Positions 47,152 through 55,878 of a stretch of DNA of 64,000 nt are shown one piece after another. The translations under genes and the position numbers were made by a program. Below the pieces are notes generated by a model, which saw only the letters and a list, made by a program, of their open reading frames with translations, was not told the DNA's origin and made no database searches. Source of the DNA: Myxococcota bacterium (lineage in GTDB: Bacteria; Myxococcota_A; Polyangia; Nannocystales; Nannocystaceae). The stretch lies in the NCBI GenBank assembly GCA_039028615.1, contig JBCCHT010000041.1:32001-96000 (forward strand). The letters are read 5' to 3'. Every line of letters begins with the position of its first letter. Within the stretch, counting starts at the first letter, position 1.

Positions 47152-49953
47152 TCAGGGGCCCGAGGGCGTCTCTGCGGCGGGCTTCGGCTCCGCCGTGGGT
47201 GCGGCGGGCTTGGGCTCCGCCGCGGGCTTGGGCTCCGCGGCCTTGGGCTCGCCCGCGGGCTTGGGCTCGCCCGCGGGCTTGGGCTCTTCCTTGGGCTTGG
47301 GCTCTTCCTTGGCCTTCGGCTCGCCCGCCGCCTGGTCCTCGCCCTTGGCCTTCGGCTCCTCGGTGGGCGTCTTGACCGGCTCGGAGGGCGTGTCCGCCAG
47401 GGCGACCGGGGCGGGCTTCTTGCCGCCGCTCGGCTCGGCGTTCTTCACATGCGCATCGAACCAGTCGAAGGACTCGGCGAGCACGTGCAGCACCGACTCT
47501 CGGGCGGAGTACCCGTGCGACTCGCCCGGGAGCATGACCAACCGAGCGGTGCCGCCGTTGCCCTCGAGCGCCCGGAACAGCCGCCGCGACTGCAGCGGAT
47601 AGGTCCCCGAGTTGTTGTCGACCTCGCCGTGCACCATCAGCAGCGGCTCGTCGATCTTGTGGGCGGCGAATAGCGGCGAGACGGTGACGTAGGTGTCGGT
47701 GGCCTCCCACAGCGTGCGGCGCTCGCTCTGGAAGCCAAAGGGCGTCAGGCTGCGGTTGTAGGCGCCCGAGCGGGCAATGCCGGCGCGGAACAGGTCGCTG
47801 TGGGCGAGCAGGTTGGCGGTCATGAACGCGCCGTACGAGTGACCGGCCACGCCCACGCGGTCCCGATCGGCGGCGCCCGACTCCACGGCGGCATCGATGG
47901 CCGCCTCGGCCGACCACACCACCTGGTCGATGAAGTTGTCGTTCATCGTCTCAGGCTCGCCCACGATGGGCATGGCGGCGTTGCTGAGCACCGCATAGCC
48001 CTGGGTCAGGAACATCAGCGGTGAGGTCCCGGCGAGGCGAGTGAACTTGCGCGGCGCGGCGCGGACCTGGCCCGCGGTGTCGCCGTCGTTGTACTCGAGC
48101 GGATAGGCCCAGATGACCAGCGGCAGCCGCTGTCCCTCTTCGTAGTCGGGCGGCAGGTACAGGGTGCCGGACAAGGGCACGCCGTCGCGCCGGGTGTAGC
48201 GGAGGATCTTCTTGCTGATGCCGGTCAGCTGCGGGTGCGGATCGGCCAGCTCGGTGATCTGCCGCGAGCCAGCGGCATCGTCGACGAAGAAGTTGGCCGG
48301 CGTCTGTGCCGACTCGCGACGCACGACGAACGCGTCCCGCTTCTCTCCCACGAAGTCGATGAACTCGGCGTGCGACTCCCCCTCGGACTGCATCAGGCGC
48401 TGGGTGTTGCCCGTCGCCAGCTCGTAGCGGTCGAGGAAGGGCCGGTTGCCCTCGGGGCTGGCCCCGGCGCCGTCGAGGTAGATGTTGCCCTCGTGCACGA
48501 TGACGACCTCGCTGCCGTCGGGCAGCACCTTGGTCACCGGGCTGCCCTGGTTGGCGTACACGTCGCGAGCGCTGCGATCGAAGAGCACCTTGGGCTCGAA
48601 GCTGGGGTCGTCGAGCTCGTGCAGCCGGGTGGTGAGCCAGCGACGGTCGCGGTCGTACTCCCGCACCAAGACCTGGCCGGAGCGCTCGGTCCACGACGCC
48701 CGCGACAGCCGATGCTGCACCCGCAGGCGCTCCTCGGGCGTGTCGGCAAAGGGCGCGGCGTGACTCATGAGCCGATCGCGATGCTCGACCTCCTTGCGCG
48801 GGTCACCGCCGTCGAGGGCCTCCGTCCACACCAGGGTTGCCGGGCGCTTGGGCTGCCAATGCACCGCCCGCGGCCCGGTCCGCACGCCCTGGATGGGAAT
48901 CTGGTCGGCGACGTCCTGGTCCGCGACGCGCCGCACCACCTTGGCCTTGGGGTCGAGAACCTCGATGACCCGCGGGAACCGGTAGTAGGGCACCGTGTAG
49001 GAGAAGGGCCGGCGAATCCGCTCGACGAGGACGTACTGGCCGTCGGGCGAGGGGTCGGCCCCGCTGAGCAGCCCGGGGGCACCGAGCGTGCGCGTCTCCC
49101 CTTGCAGGTCGATGATCACCAGCTGGCTGGTGGCGAAGTGCTCGAAGGCGTCTTCGTCGGCCGCGTTGGCGAGCAAGTCCTGATAGGTGCGGTTTTGGGC
49201 GGCCTTGCCCGCGGTGTCCTGCACCACGGGCCCGCGCGGCACGGTGGGTCGGGCGGGCGGCGCCCCCAGGTCGGGCGGCACCTGCCGCACCAGCAGCGCC
49301 TGACTGCCGGGCATCCACACGAAGGGCGAGCCGAGGATGTCGTTGACCTGCAGCGTGCCCAGGCGCCGCGCCTTGCCGTCGGCGGCGCTGGCCACCCACA
49401 GCTCGAGGCCCGAGTTTCCGTCGCGCGTGAAGGCCAGGTGAGACCCGTCGGGCGACCAGATCGGCCAGGTGATCCGCGACCCGGCGGGCAGCGTGACGTC
49501 GACCTTGGCCCCCTCGCCGAGCGGCTCGAGGCTCACCGACGAGATCCATCGGGTACGGCGTCGAGCGTGGCGCTGGGCGTCGATGCGCATCCCGGCCAGG
49601 CGCTCGAAGGGCCGGGTCACCAGATCGATGCCGGGCAAGGCCTCGCGGGTGTACAGGCCGAGCCACTTGCCCTCCGGCGATACGCTGACGAGCGGAGTGG
49701 GCGGAGCGTCGACGATCTCGACGACGTCGGCGGAGGGCAGACGATATCCAGAGGCATGCACGGGGTCGGCTTGCTCCGAACGTTCACCGGGCGTCGTGGG
49801 CGACACGGGTCCGGGCGTAGGGGTGGCCTTCGCGGGCTTGGGCGCATCCTCGGGCGAGGGTGAGCTACACGCGATGGGCAGCAGCGAGAGGCCGCCTACG
49901 AGCCACCCGGCAACGCGCGTGACACTGGGAGTACGAGCACGAGATCCCGACAA
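47152..49953 (-). CDS. S9 family serine peptidase lipoprotein (glutamyl peptidase-like) with EPK-repeat tail
   Basis: LLPIAC lipobox, propeller repeats (WSPDG), GHSYGAFM nucleophile, GIARSGAYNRSLTPFGFQ, HGEVDNNSGT, ESHGY. Confidence 0.9.
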   Translation of the reverse strand: MSGSRARTPSVTRVAGWLVGGLSLLPIACSSPSPEDAPKPAKATPTPGPVSPTTPGERSEQADPVHASGYRLPSADVVEIVDAPPTPLVSVSPEGKWLGLYTREALPGIDLVTRPFERLAGMRIDAQRHARRRTRWISSVSLEPLGEGAKVDVTLPAGSRITWPIWSPDGSHLAFTRDGNSGLELWVASAADGKARRLGTLQVNDILGSPFVWMPGSQALLVRQVPPDLGAPPARPTVPRGPVVQDTAGKAAQNRTYQDLLANAADEDAFEHFATSQLVIIDLQGETRTLGAPGLLSGADPSPDGQYVLVERIRRPFSYTVPYYRFPRVIEVLDPKAKVVRRVADQDVADQIPIQGVRTGPRAVHWQPKRPATLVWTEALDGGDPRKEVEHRDRLMSHAAPFADTPEERLRVQHRLSRASWTERSGQVLVREYDRDRRWLTTRLHELDDPSFEPKVLFDRSARDVYANQGSPVTKVLPDGSEVVIVHEGNIYLDGAGASPEGNRPFLDRYELATGNTQRLMQSEGESHAEFIDFVGEKRDAFVVRRESAQTPANFFVDDAAGSRQITELADPHPQLTGISKKILRYTRRDGVPLSGTLYLPPDYEEGQRLPLVIWAYPLEYNDGDTAGQVRAAPRKFTRLAGTSPLMFLTQGYAVLSNAAMPIVGEPETMNDNFIDQVVWSAEAAIDAAVESGAADRDRVGVAGHSYGAFMTANLLAHSDLFRAGIARSGAYNRSLTPFGFQSERRTLWEATDTYVTVSPLFAAHKIDEPLLMVHGEVDNNSGTYPLQSRRLFRALEGNGGTARLVMLPGESHGYSARESVLHVLAESFDWFDAHVKNAEPSGGKKPAPVALADTPSEPVKTPTEEPKAKGEDQAAGEPKAKEEPKPKEEPKPAGEPKPAGEPKAAEPKPAAEPKPAAPTAEPKPAAETPSGP
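47180..47360 (-). repeat. Imperfect 15-18-bp coding tandem repeat (EPKPAG/EPKPKE/EPKAA)
   Basis: Repeated GGGCTTGGGCTC core on the + strand. Confidence 0.85.
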
Positions 49954-49975
49954 TGTCGGCGAAGAATACCAGGTT

Positions 49976-52945
49976 CTATGCCGTCGCCAGGGCCCCGGAG
50001 AAGCGCTCCCGCACCGCGTCCACGCTCACATCGACGACCGATGCACCACCCTGTCGCACGCGCAGACGTGCCTGGGTCGTAGGCGCGCCTACCCGACCGA
50101 TCTCACGCAACCCATGCTCACCCAGCTGCGCGCGCACGGCGGGAAGATCGGCGTCCTTCACCGTGAGCAGCAAGCGCCCCGTGCTCTCGGACCACAGGGC
50201 CACTCCGGCGGGTAAATCCGTGCCGTCCAGGTCCACATCGACGTCGAGGTGCGCGGCCATCAACGTATGCGCCAACGCCAGCCCGAGACCACCGCGGCCG
50301 AGCACGTGGGCCGATGCGATGAGCCCGGCATCACGGGCCGCGGCGAACGCCTGGTAGCGAGCGGCGAACGCCTCGGGATCGGTCCGCGGCACGTTGGGCA
50401 ACGCCACGCCCGCGCGGCGGCTCGCCTCGCTGCCGCCCAGCTCGTCGCGCGTGTCTCCCAGAAGCAGCAGGTGGTCGCCGGCGTCTCGCGGCACCAAGCT
50501 CATCGCGCCCGAGACATCGGCCATCTGTCCCATCACCGACACCAGCAGCGTCGGCGGGATCGAGATCTTGACGCCGTCGAGCATGGCGTCGTTCTTCATC
50601 GAGTCCTTGCCACTGATCAGCGGCAGACCGTAGGCCTCGCACGCCTCGCGCAGCCCGGCACAACACTCCACCAGCTGCGCCAGCTTGTGCGGACCATCGG
50701 GGGTCTTGTCGCTGAGGATCGGGTCGGGCCAGCAGAAGTTGTCGAGCGCCGCCAGTCGATCCCAGCGCGCGCCTACGGCCAGGGCCCGACGCACCGCTTC
50801 GTCGACCGCGGCCTGGGCCATCGCGTGCGCGTCGAGGTCCGAGTAGAAGGGATGCACGCCTTCGCCGAGCACCACCCCCTCGGGACGACCGTGACGCACG
50901 CGCAGCACGGTGCCGGCCGAGGGCACGTCCTGCTGCACGCCGACGAAGGGCTTGATGACCGACAGCCCCTTGACCTCGTGGTCGTAGTGCCGCGACAGCG
51001 GCTCGTCGCAGCTGAGGTTGGGTGCTCCCAGAAGCTCGAGCAGGCGCTCGCCCTGCCCTTGCGCCCCGCGGAGCTGCTCTACCACCACGGCGTCGGGCGG
51101 CTCGGTCGCGGGCGGCTCGTTGCGGGCGAGCAGCGACGCCTTGGGCCAGCCCTCGTGGAGGAAGCTCAGCGGCAAGTCGACGACCTGGGTGTCGCCGTGG
51201 CGCACGTCGAAGCGACCGTCATCGGTGAACTCGCCGAGCACGGTGGCCTCGACCTCGCGCAGCTCGGCCAGCGCCAAGAACTCGTCGAGCTTGCCGGGGC
51301 GGACCGCGATGGTCATGCGCTCCTGGGCCTCGCTGATCAGCGTCTCCCACGGGGCGAGCCCGGGGTACTTCAGCGGCGCCTTGGCCAGGTCGATGCGAGC
51401 GCCACCCGTGGCCTCGGCCATCTCGCCCACGCTGCTCGACAGACCGCCCGCGCCGTTGTCGGTCATGGCGCTCATCAGCCCGCGATCGCGAGCCTCGGCC
51501 AGCATGTCGAACATCATCTTCTGGGTGATCGGGTCGCCGATCTGCACCGCCTGCACGGGCGAGCTCTCGTCGAGCTGCACGCTGGAGAAGGTGGCGCCGT
51601 GGATGCCGTCCTTGCCGATCCGACCGCCGACCATGACCACGAGGTCGCCGGGCTCGGTGTACTTCTCGTGGGTGGGCTGGCCCGCCGCCTCGACGGGCAT
51701 GACGGAGACGGTCCCGCAGAACACCAGCGGCTTGCCGAGGTAACGATCGTCGAATAGCTCCCAGCCGCGGGCGTAGGGAATGCCGCTTTGGTTGCCGCCG
51801 TCGATGACCCCGTGGTGGACGCCGTCACGGATGCGCCGCGGGTGCATCAAGCCGGTGGGGATCTTGCCCTCGTGGCGGGGATCGCCGAAGCAGTAGCCCC
51901 ACACGTTGGCGAGCAGGTCGGCGCCACGCCCGGTGCCGAAGGAGTCGCGGTTGACCCCGACGATGCCGGTCATCGCCCCGCCGTAGGGGTCGAGAGCGGA
52001 CGGCGAGTTGTGGGTCTCGACCTTGTAGACGATGTGATCGGCGTCGGAGCAGCGCACCACGCCCGCGTTGTCGTGGAACACGGAGACGAGGAAGGGCGCG
52101 TCCTTGGGGTCGAGGCCCTCGCGCTGGCGCCGCTGAGCGACCGCCTCGGTGGTGCCCCGGATGTAGCGCTTGAACAGGCCCTCTTCGATCTGCTCGCGGT
52201 TGCCCTCGGCGTCGGTGTAGTCGATGGGCGCGGCGAAGATCTTGTGCTTGCAGTGCTCGCTCCAGGTCTGGGCGAGGCACTCGAGCTCGGCGTCGGTGGG
52301 GTCGCGCCCGCGCTCCACGAAGTGAGCCTGAATGGCCTTCATCTCGGCCAGGCTCAGCGCCAGCATGCCCTGCTGGGAACGAGCCACCAGCGCCTCGTCG
52401 TCGGCCTCGCGCAGCGGAATGATCTCCACGGCGGGAGCCGCCTCGGTGCCCGCCGTCGGCACCTGCAGGTCGAGGGTACGCGGCACGGCCAGCACCCGGG
52501 CGCTCTCGATGAGTCGGTTGTGCAGCAGAGAATTGGCCGCCTGCTGCACCTGAGCCTCGCTCAGGCCCTCGAACAGGTAGAGGGTGGAGGTATAGGCCCG
52601 GCCGTCGAGCGCCCGCCCCAGGCAGTCCTCGGCGGCCCGCTTGACGCTGGTGCCCACGCTGTCGGTGACGCCCGGACGCAGGCTCACCTGCAGCGCGATG
52701 AGCGAGTCGCCCTCACCGTCGGCGAGCACCCCGAGGCCTCCTCGATCCGCCACCGGATCGACGAGCGCGTCGGCCACTCGCTTCGCCTCGTCGTCGCTCA
52801 GGCCGAGGTCGAGGTGAATGACCCGCCGGGTTCGCAGCGACTTGGGTCGAAGACTCAGCCAGGTGTCCAAGCGCTGCACCGTCTGCACGGCCAGCGCATC
52901 GACCAGTCCAGGTCCTACCTCGATCTCGACGCGGTGGATCGCCAC
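49976..52945 (-). CDS. purL: Phosphoribosylformylglycinamidine synthase synthetase subunit with N-terminal PurS-like extension
   Basis: QTWSEHCKHK, DNAGVV, KVETHNSPS..DPYGGA, GGRIGKDGIHGA, DNGAGG, SEAQERM, ISGKDSM; start placed at GTG 52945. Confidence 0.93.
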   Translation of the reverse strand: MAIHRVEIEVGPGLVDALAVQTVQRLDTWLSLRPKSLRTRRVIHLDLGLSDDEAKRVADALVDPVADRGGLGVLADGEGDSLIALQVSLRPGVTDSVGTSVKRAAEDCLGRALDGRAYTSTLYLFEGLSEAQVQQAANSLLHNRLIESARVLAVPRTLDLQVPTAGTEAAPAVEIIPLREADDEALVARSQQGMLALSLAEMKAIQAHFVERGRDPTDAELECLAQTWSEHCKHKIFAAPIDYTDAEGNREQIEEGLFKRYIRGTTEAVAQRRQREGLDPKDAPFLVSVFHDNAGVVRCSDADHIVYKVETHNSPSALDPYGGAMTGIVGVNRDSFGTGRGADLLANVWGYCFGDPRHEGKIPTGLMHPRRIRDGVHHGVIDGGNQSGIPYARGWELFDDRYLGKPLVFCGTVSVMPVEAAGQPTHEKYTEPGDLVVMVGGRIGKDGIHGATFSSVQLDESSPVQAVQIGDPITQKMMFDMLAEARDRGLMSAMTDNGAGGLSSSVGEMAEATGGARIDLAKAPLKYPGLAPWETLISEAQERMTIAVRPGKLDEFLALAELREVEATVLGEFTDDGRFDVRHGDTQVVDLPLSFLHEGWPKASLLARNEPPATEPPDAVVVEQLRGAQGQGERLLELLGAPNLSCDEPLSRHYDHEVKGLSVIKPFVGVQQDVPSAGTVLRVRHGRPEGVVLGEGVHPFYSDLDAHAMAQAAVDEAVRRALAVGARWDRLAALDNFCWPDPILSDKTPDGPHKLAQLVECCAGLREACEAYGLPLISGKDSMKNDAMLDGVKISIPPTLLVSVMGQMADVSGAMSLVPRDAGDHLLLLGDTRDELGGSEASRRAGVALPNVPRTDPEAFAARYQAFAAARDAGLIASAHVLGRGGLGLALAHTLMAAHLDVDVDLDGTDLPAGVALWSESTGRLLLTVKDADLPAVRAQLGEHGLREIGRVGAPTTQARLRVRQGGASVVDVSVDAVRERFSGALATA

Positions 52946-52973
52946 GCGGGTCTTGTTCCCTTGGCTCACCCGC

Positions 52974-52998
52974 CTGTCAAGCGGGTGTCGCTTGACAG
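52974..52998. promoter_or_regulatory. Perfect inverted repeat forming back-to-back TTGACA boxes between divergent genes
   Basis: CTGTCAAGCG-GGTGT-CGCTTGACAG. On the + strand TTGACA-N17-CACGAT (52992-53020) precedes the 53094 gene. Confidence 0.6.
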
Positions 52999-53093
52999 CG
53001 CGCCAGAAGCGCGACACGATGCTGATACGACGCCGCTGGTCGCCCAAAACGGGAGATCACTGACGCGCCGTGCTCACAGCATGAGGTGAGAAA

Positions 53094-53645
53094 ATGACGC
53101 AGTCGGACGACGCGACCGCGACGGTTCCGAATACCGAGTCCGCGGACAATGCCTGGGCCGAGTCCCTACGCGAGGTCATGTGCAAGGTCATCGCGACCCT
53201 GCCCGACCACGCGACCCTGGGCGAGCTCATCGAGGCCACGCGGAGTAACGGGGCCATGGCGCCCATTCTCGACGTCTTCACCGTGCAGGAGCTCATCGAC
53301 GCCGCCAAAAAGCGCCCCAAGCCGCCGGCCAAGAGCAGCAAGGACGACGAGATCCAGTACGACGAGGACGGCAACCCGGTGATGGATCTCGACGCCGCCC
53401 CGGCCGTGATCCGGCGCCGGGCCGACGTGCCCGACGGAGATCTTCGGGTCCTGCGCACGCTCGCCGACCGCGGACCTCAGCGCGAGGTCGATCTCACCAA
53501 CAACGCCAGCCTCACTGGCGAGCAGCTCCGCCTGCTCATCCGCCACCTCCGCAGCAAGGGTTTCGTGCACGTGGAGGGCAGTGGCGCCAAGCGCCGGCTG
53601 AAGATCACCCGCCACGGCAGCGCGTACCTGCGTCGCAACAGCTGA
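53094..53645 (+). CDS. Winged-helix DNA-binding protein
   Basis: SD GAGGTG; C-terminal RVLRTLADRGPQREVDL...EQLRLLIRHLRSKGFVHVEGSGAKRRLKITRHG wHTH. Confidence 0.8.
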   Translation: MTQSDDATATVPNTESADNAWAESLREVMCKVIATLPDHATLGELIEATRSNGAMAPILDVFTVQELIDAAKKRPKPPAKSSKDDEIQYDEDGNPVMDLDAAPAVIRRRADVPDGDLRVLRTLADRGPQREVDLTNNASLTGEQLRLLIRHLRSKGFVHVEGSGAKRRLKITRHGSAYLRRNS

Positions 53646-53707
53646 CCGATACAACCGACACCGCTCCCCTCTCCGGTCCGACTGCCCCGGCAGGGGCAAC
53701 CAAAGAC

Positions 53708-53740
53708 GAACGCCGCGGCCCCTTCGGGCTCGCGGCGTTC
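53708..53740. terminator. Hairpin terminator between convergent genes
   Basis: GAACGCCGCGGCCC-CTTC-GGGCTCGCGGCGTTC. Confidence 0.65.
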
Positions 53741-53765
53741 CTCGTTTGCGCGTCGTGGGTTCGGC

Positions 53766-55322
53766 CTAGCCGATGCCGCCGACCGCGTCGGAGATCACAC
53801 CGGTCAGGCAGCGAATCGCGGGGCTGAAGTCGGTGTCGCAGATGGACTCGATGCAGCAGCGAATCTGCTCTTCACCCTCTTCGTTGACGGTGTTGAGGCT
53901 CTCGCAGACCTCGCGGATACGCACCGGCGGGATCGCCTGGCCCGTGAACTCGCCCTTGTCGTTGGTACCGGTGCAGCCGGGGCCGATGTCGCCGAACTCG
54001 AAGATCTTGTTGGCGGCGGTGGTCCCCGTGTCCCACTCCGCGGGAAGGATGTCACCCGCGGGATACGGGAAGGAGATCCAGTTGCGGTACAGCAGGTCGG
54101 CAGCACCACCCGCGGTGGGCTCGAAGGGCGGCTCGGGGTTGTGCGCCACGACCTCGGGCACACCGAGGATGCCGAGCATGATGACCTCGCGGTCCTGACC
54201 GGTGGCCAGGTAGTCGAGGTACGAGGTGTAACGGCTGATCGGGTGGAGCACCTCGCTCTCGGACGAGGTGCAGCCGCCCTCGTAGAGCCCGTCCCCTTGC
54301 ACGTCGGTGCAGGTCACGCCCGAGTTGAAGCAGATGGCCGACGTGGTCTGCGGCACCTGGGTCTCGGGGTTGATGTTCCAGTACAGGGTGTTGTCGATGT
54401 CGGTGAAGAACGAGTAGCCGTTCGGAGCCGCCACCGAGCAGTCCATCTCGTCGGTGATGACGACGATGCCGAGGATGGAGCCCTCGCGAAGGAAGCCGCG
54501 CGGCGTCTCGGCCCACTCGGGGTCTTCGTCGCAGGCCTCGTTCTGCGGGTTGTTCCAGCAGGCCGTCTCGTTGATGGCCTGAAGCATCGTCTCGAGCGGC
54601 GCCTCGTAGCCGCAACCGTCGATGCCCTGGGGGCCGATGCAGGACAGCGCCGCACCGACGTCGTCGTTGGGCACGTTGCTGAAGCCGGGGCCGAAGTTGA
54701 TGAACTGGTCGCCCGGCGCGATGTCGGCGGGGCAATTCTCGGTGCACGCCTCTTCGATGATCTCGGGGTCCATCGGGTCCAGGCCGGTGAAGCGCTGGAT
54801 ACGAGCGTTGCAGCCCTGATAGACGGGCGCGCCTTTCCGAGGCACGTAGTCCGGCTTGTAAAAGGCCGTGCACAGCGGGTGACCGAAGTCCGAGGTGGTC
54901 ACCATGATGTTCACGTTGGGCGTGACCGGGTTGCCCTCGGGATCCTCGAGGTCCTGGAGCTCGTCGACCAGCTGCTGGAAGTTGCGAGCGAGGTTGAGCT
55001 GCTCCTCACCCATGGTGCCGGAGTTGTCGATGACGAAGAGCAGGTCGATGAGGTCGCAGCTTCCGTCGATGCTGCAGGCGACCATGTCGGTGTCGTTCGA
55101 GGCGAGGTCGAGAAGCTCTTCCTCGGTCTCGTCACCGTCGTCGAGATCGTCGGCGCCCGTCGTGTCCATCCCGGTCGTGGTCAGACCGGGAGGGGTCTCC
55201 GAGGTCGCGCCGTCGTCCGCCGCTGGATCGATCCCATCATCACCGCACGCAACGATGACCGTCGCGCCGAGTCCCCAGGCCGCGATGGCCATTCCCAAGG
55301 TTTCAAGCTTTCGCATCTTCAT
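53766..55322 (-). CDS. Cys-rich vWA-like domain lipoprotein (paralogue 1)
   Basis: VIVAC lipobox, acidic linker, DLLFVIDNSGTMGEEQ MIDAS-like motif, GCGYEAPLE, FLREGS.LGIVVITDEMDCS. Confidence 0.8.
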   Translation of the reverse strand: MKMRKLETLGMAIAAWGLGATVIVACGDDGIDPAADDGATSETPPGLTTTGMDTTGADDLDDGDETEEELLDLASNDTDMVACSIDGSCDLIDLLFVIDNSGTMGEEQLNLARNFQQLVDELQDLEDPEGNPVTPNVNIMVTTSDFGHPLCTAFYKPDYVPRKGAPVYQGCNARIQRFTGLDPMDPEIIEEACTENCPADIAPGDQFINFGPGFSNVPNDDVGAALSCIGPQGIDGCGYEAPLETMLQAINETACWNNPQNEACDEDPEWAETPRGFLREGSILGIVVITDEMDCSVAAPNGYSFFTDIDNTLYWNINPETQVPQTTSAICFNSGVTCTDVQGDGLYEGGCTSSESEVLHPISRYTSYLDYLATGQDREVIMLGILGVPEVVAHNPEPPFEPTAGGAADLLYRNWISFPYPAGDILPAEWDTGTTAANKIFEFGDIGPGCTGTNDKGEFTGQAIPPVRIREVCESLNTVNEEGEEQIRCCIESICDTDFSPAIRCLTGVISDAVGGIG

Positions 55323-55878
55323 GGTCGTGACGTCTTCCGTTCGTAGCGCCGCAGGCTCGAATGTTGGCGTCCGGGCTCGGCTTCCGAGGAAGCCGCTCAT
55401 CTCCATGCCCCGAATCCAGGCACCAGTTTGGCAAAAGGGACCGGGAGCAAGCAAGCAATTGCGGCACGGACACGACGTGCGTTTTTCGGTCGCGGGCACC
55501 GCCCCTACCCTTGCCCACCTCGCATCGTGAGCTGCGGCACGACCGTCGATCGAGGTGTTGCTTCGGCACCGTGCACTGCCGCTCACATGCCGAAGTCACA
55601 CGTCGAGGGTCGCTCACCGACTACGGCCCAATAGCCGTCGAAAACAAAGGCCCGAAGCCACCAAAACTGGTGCACGAATCCTTCACCATCGACACGTGAT
55701 TCCGACGACATCGTCGCTTTGTGCCGAAGTGGACGGGATCGGAACCGGGTTCCGCAGTCCCGCGGTGGCGTCTTTCGCAGTTGGGCTCAACGCATTCGAA
55801 ACGACGGCACCGCTCGAGCCGGTGGCGCGAGCGGTGCGAAACGATTGCCGCGTGGGGCAACCGATGGCCACGGACCGA

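Noticed and set aside
47180..47360. Tandem repeats as possible CRISPR array
   Set aside because: No unique spacers, in-frame coding repeats, no cas genes in the window.
55419..55434. GG-N10-GC motif (AGGCACCAGTTTGGCA) as a sigma-54 promoter
   Set aside because: Points away from the nearby minus-strand gene start and lacks the TTGC -12 element.
55323..55878. Long intergenic region as possible sRNA or small ORF
   Set aside because: No convincing ORF, terminator or recognisable RNA motif; cannot be supported without expression data.
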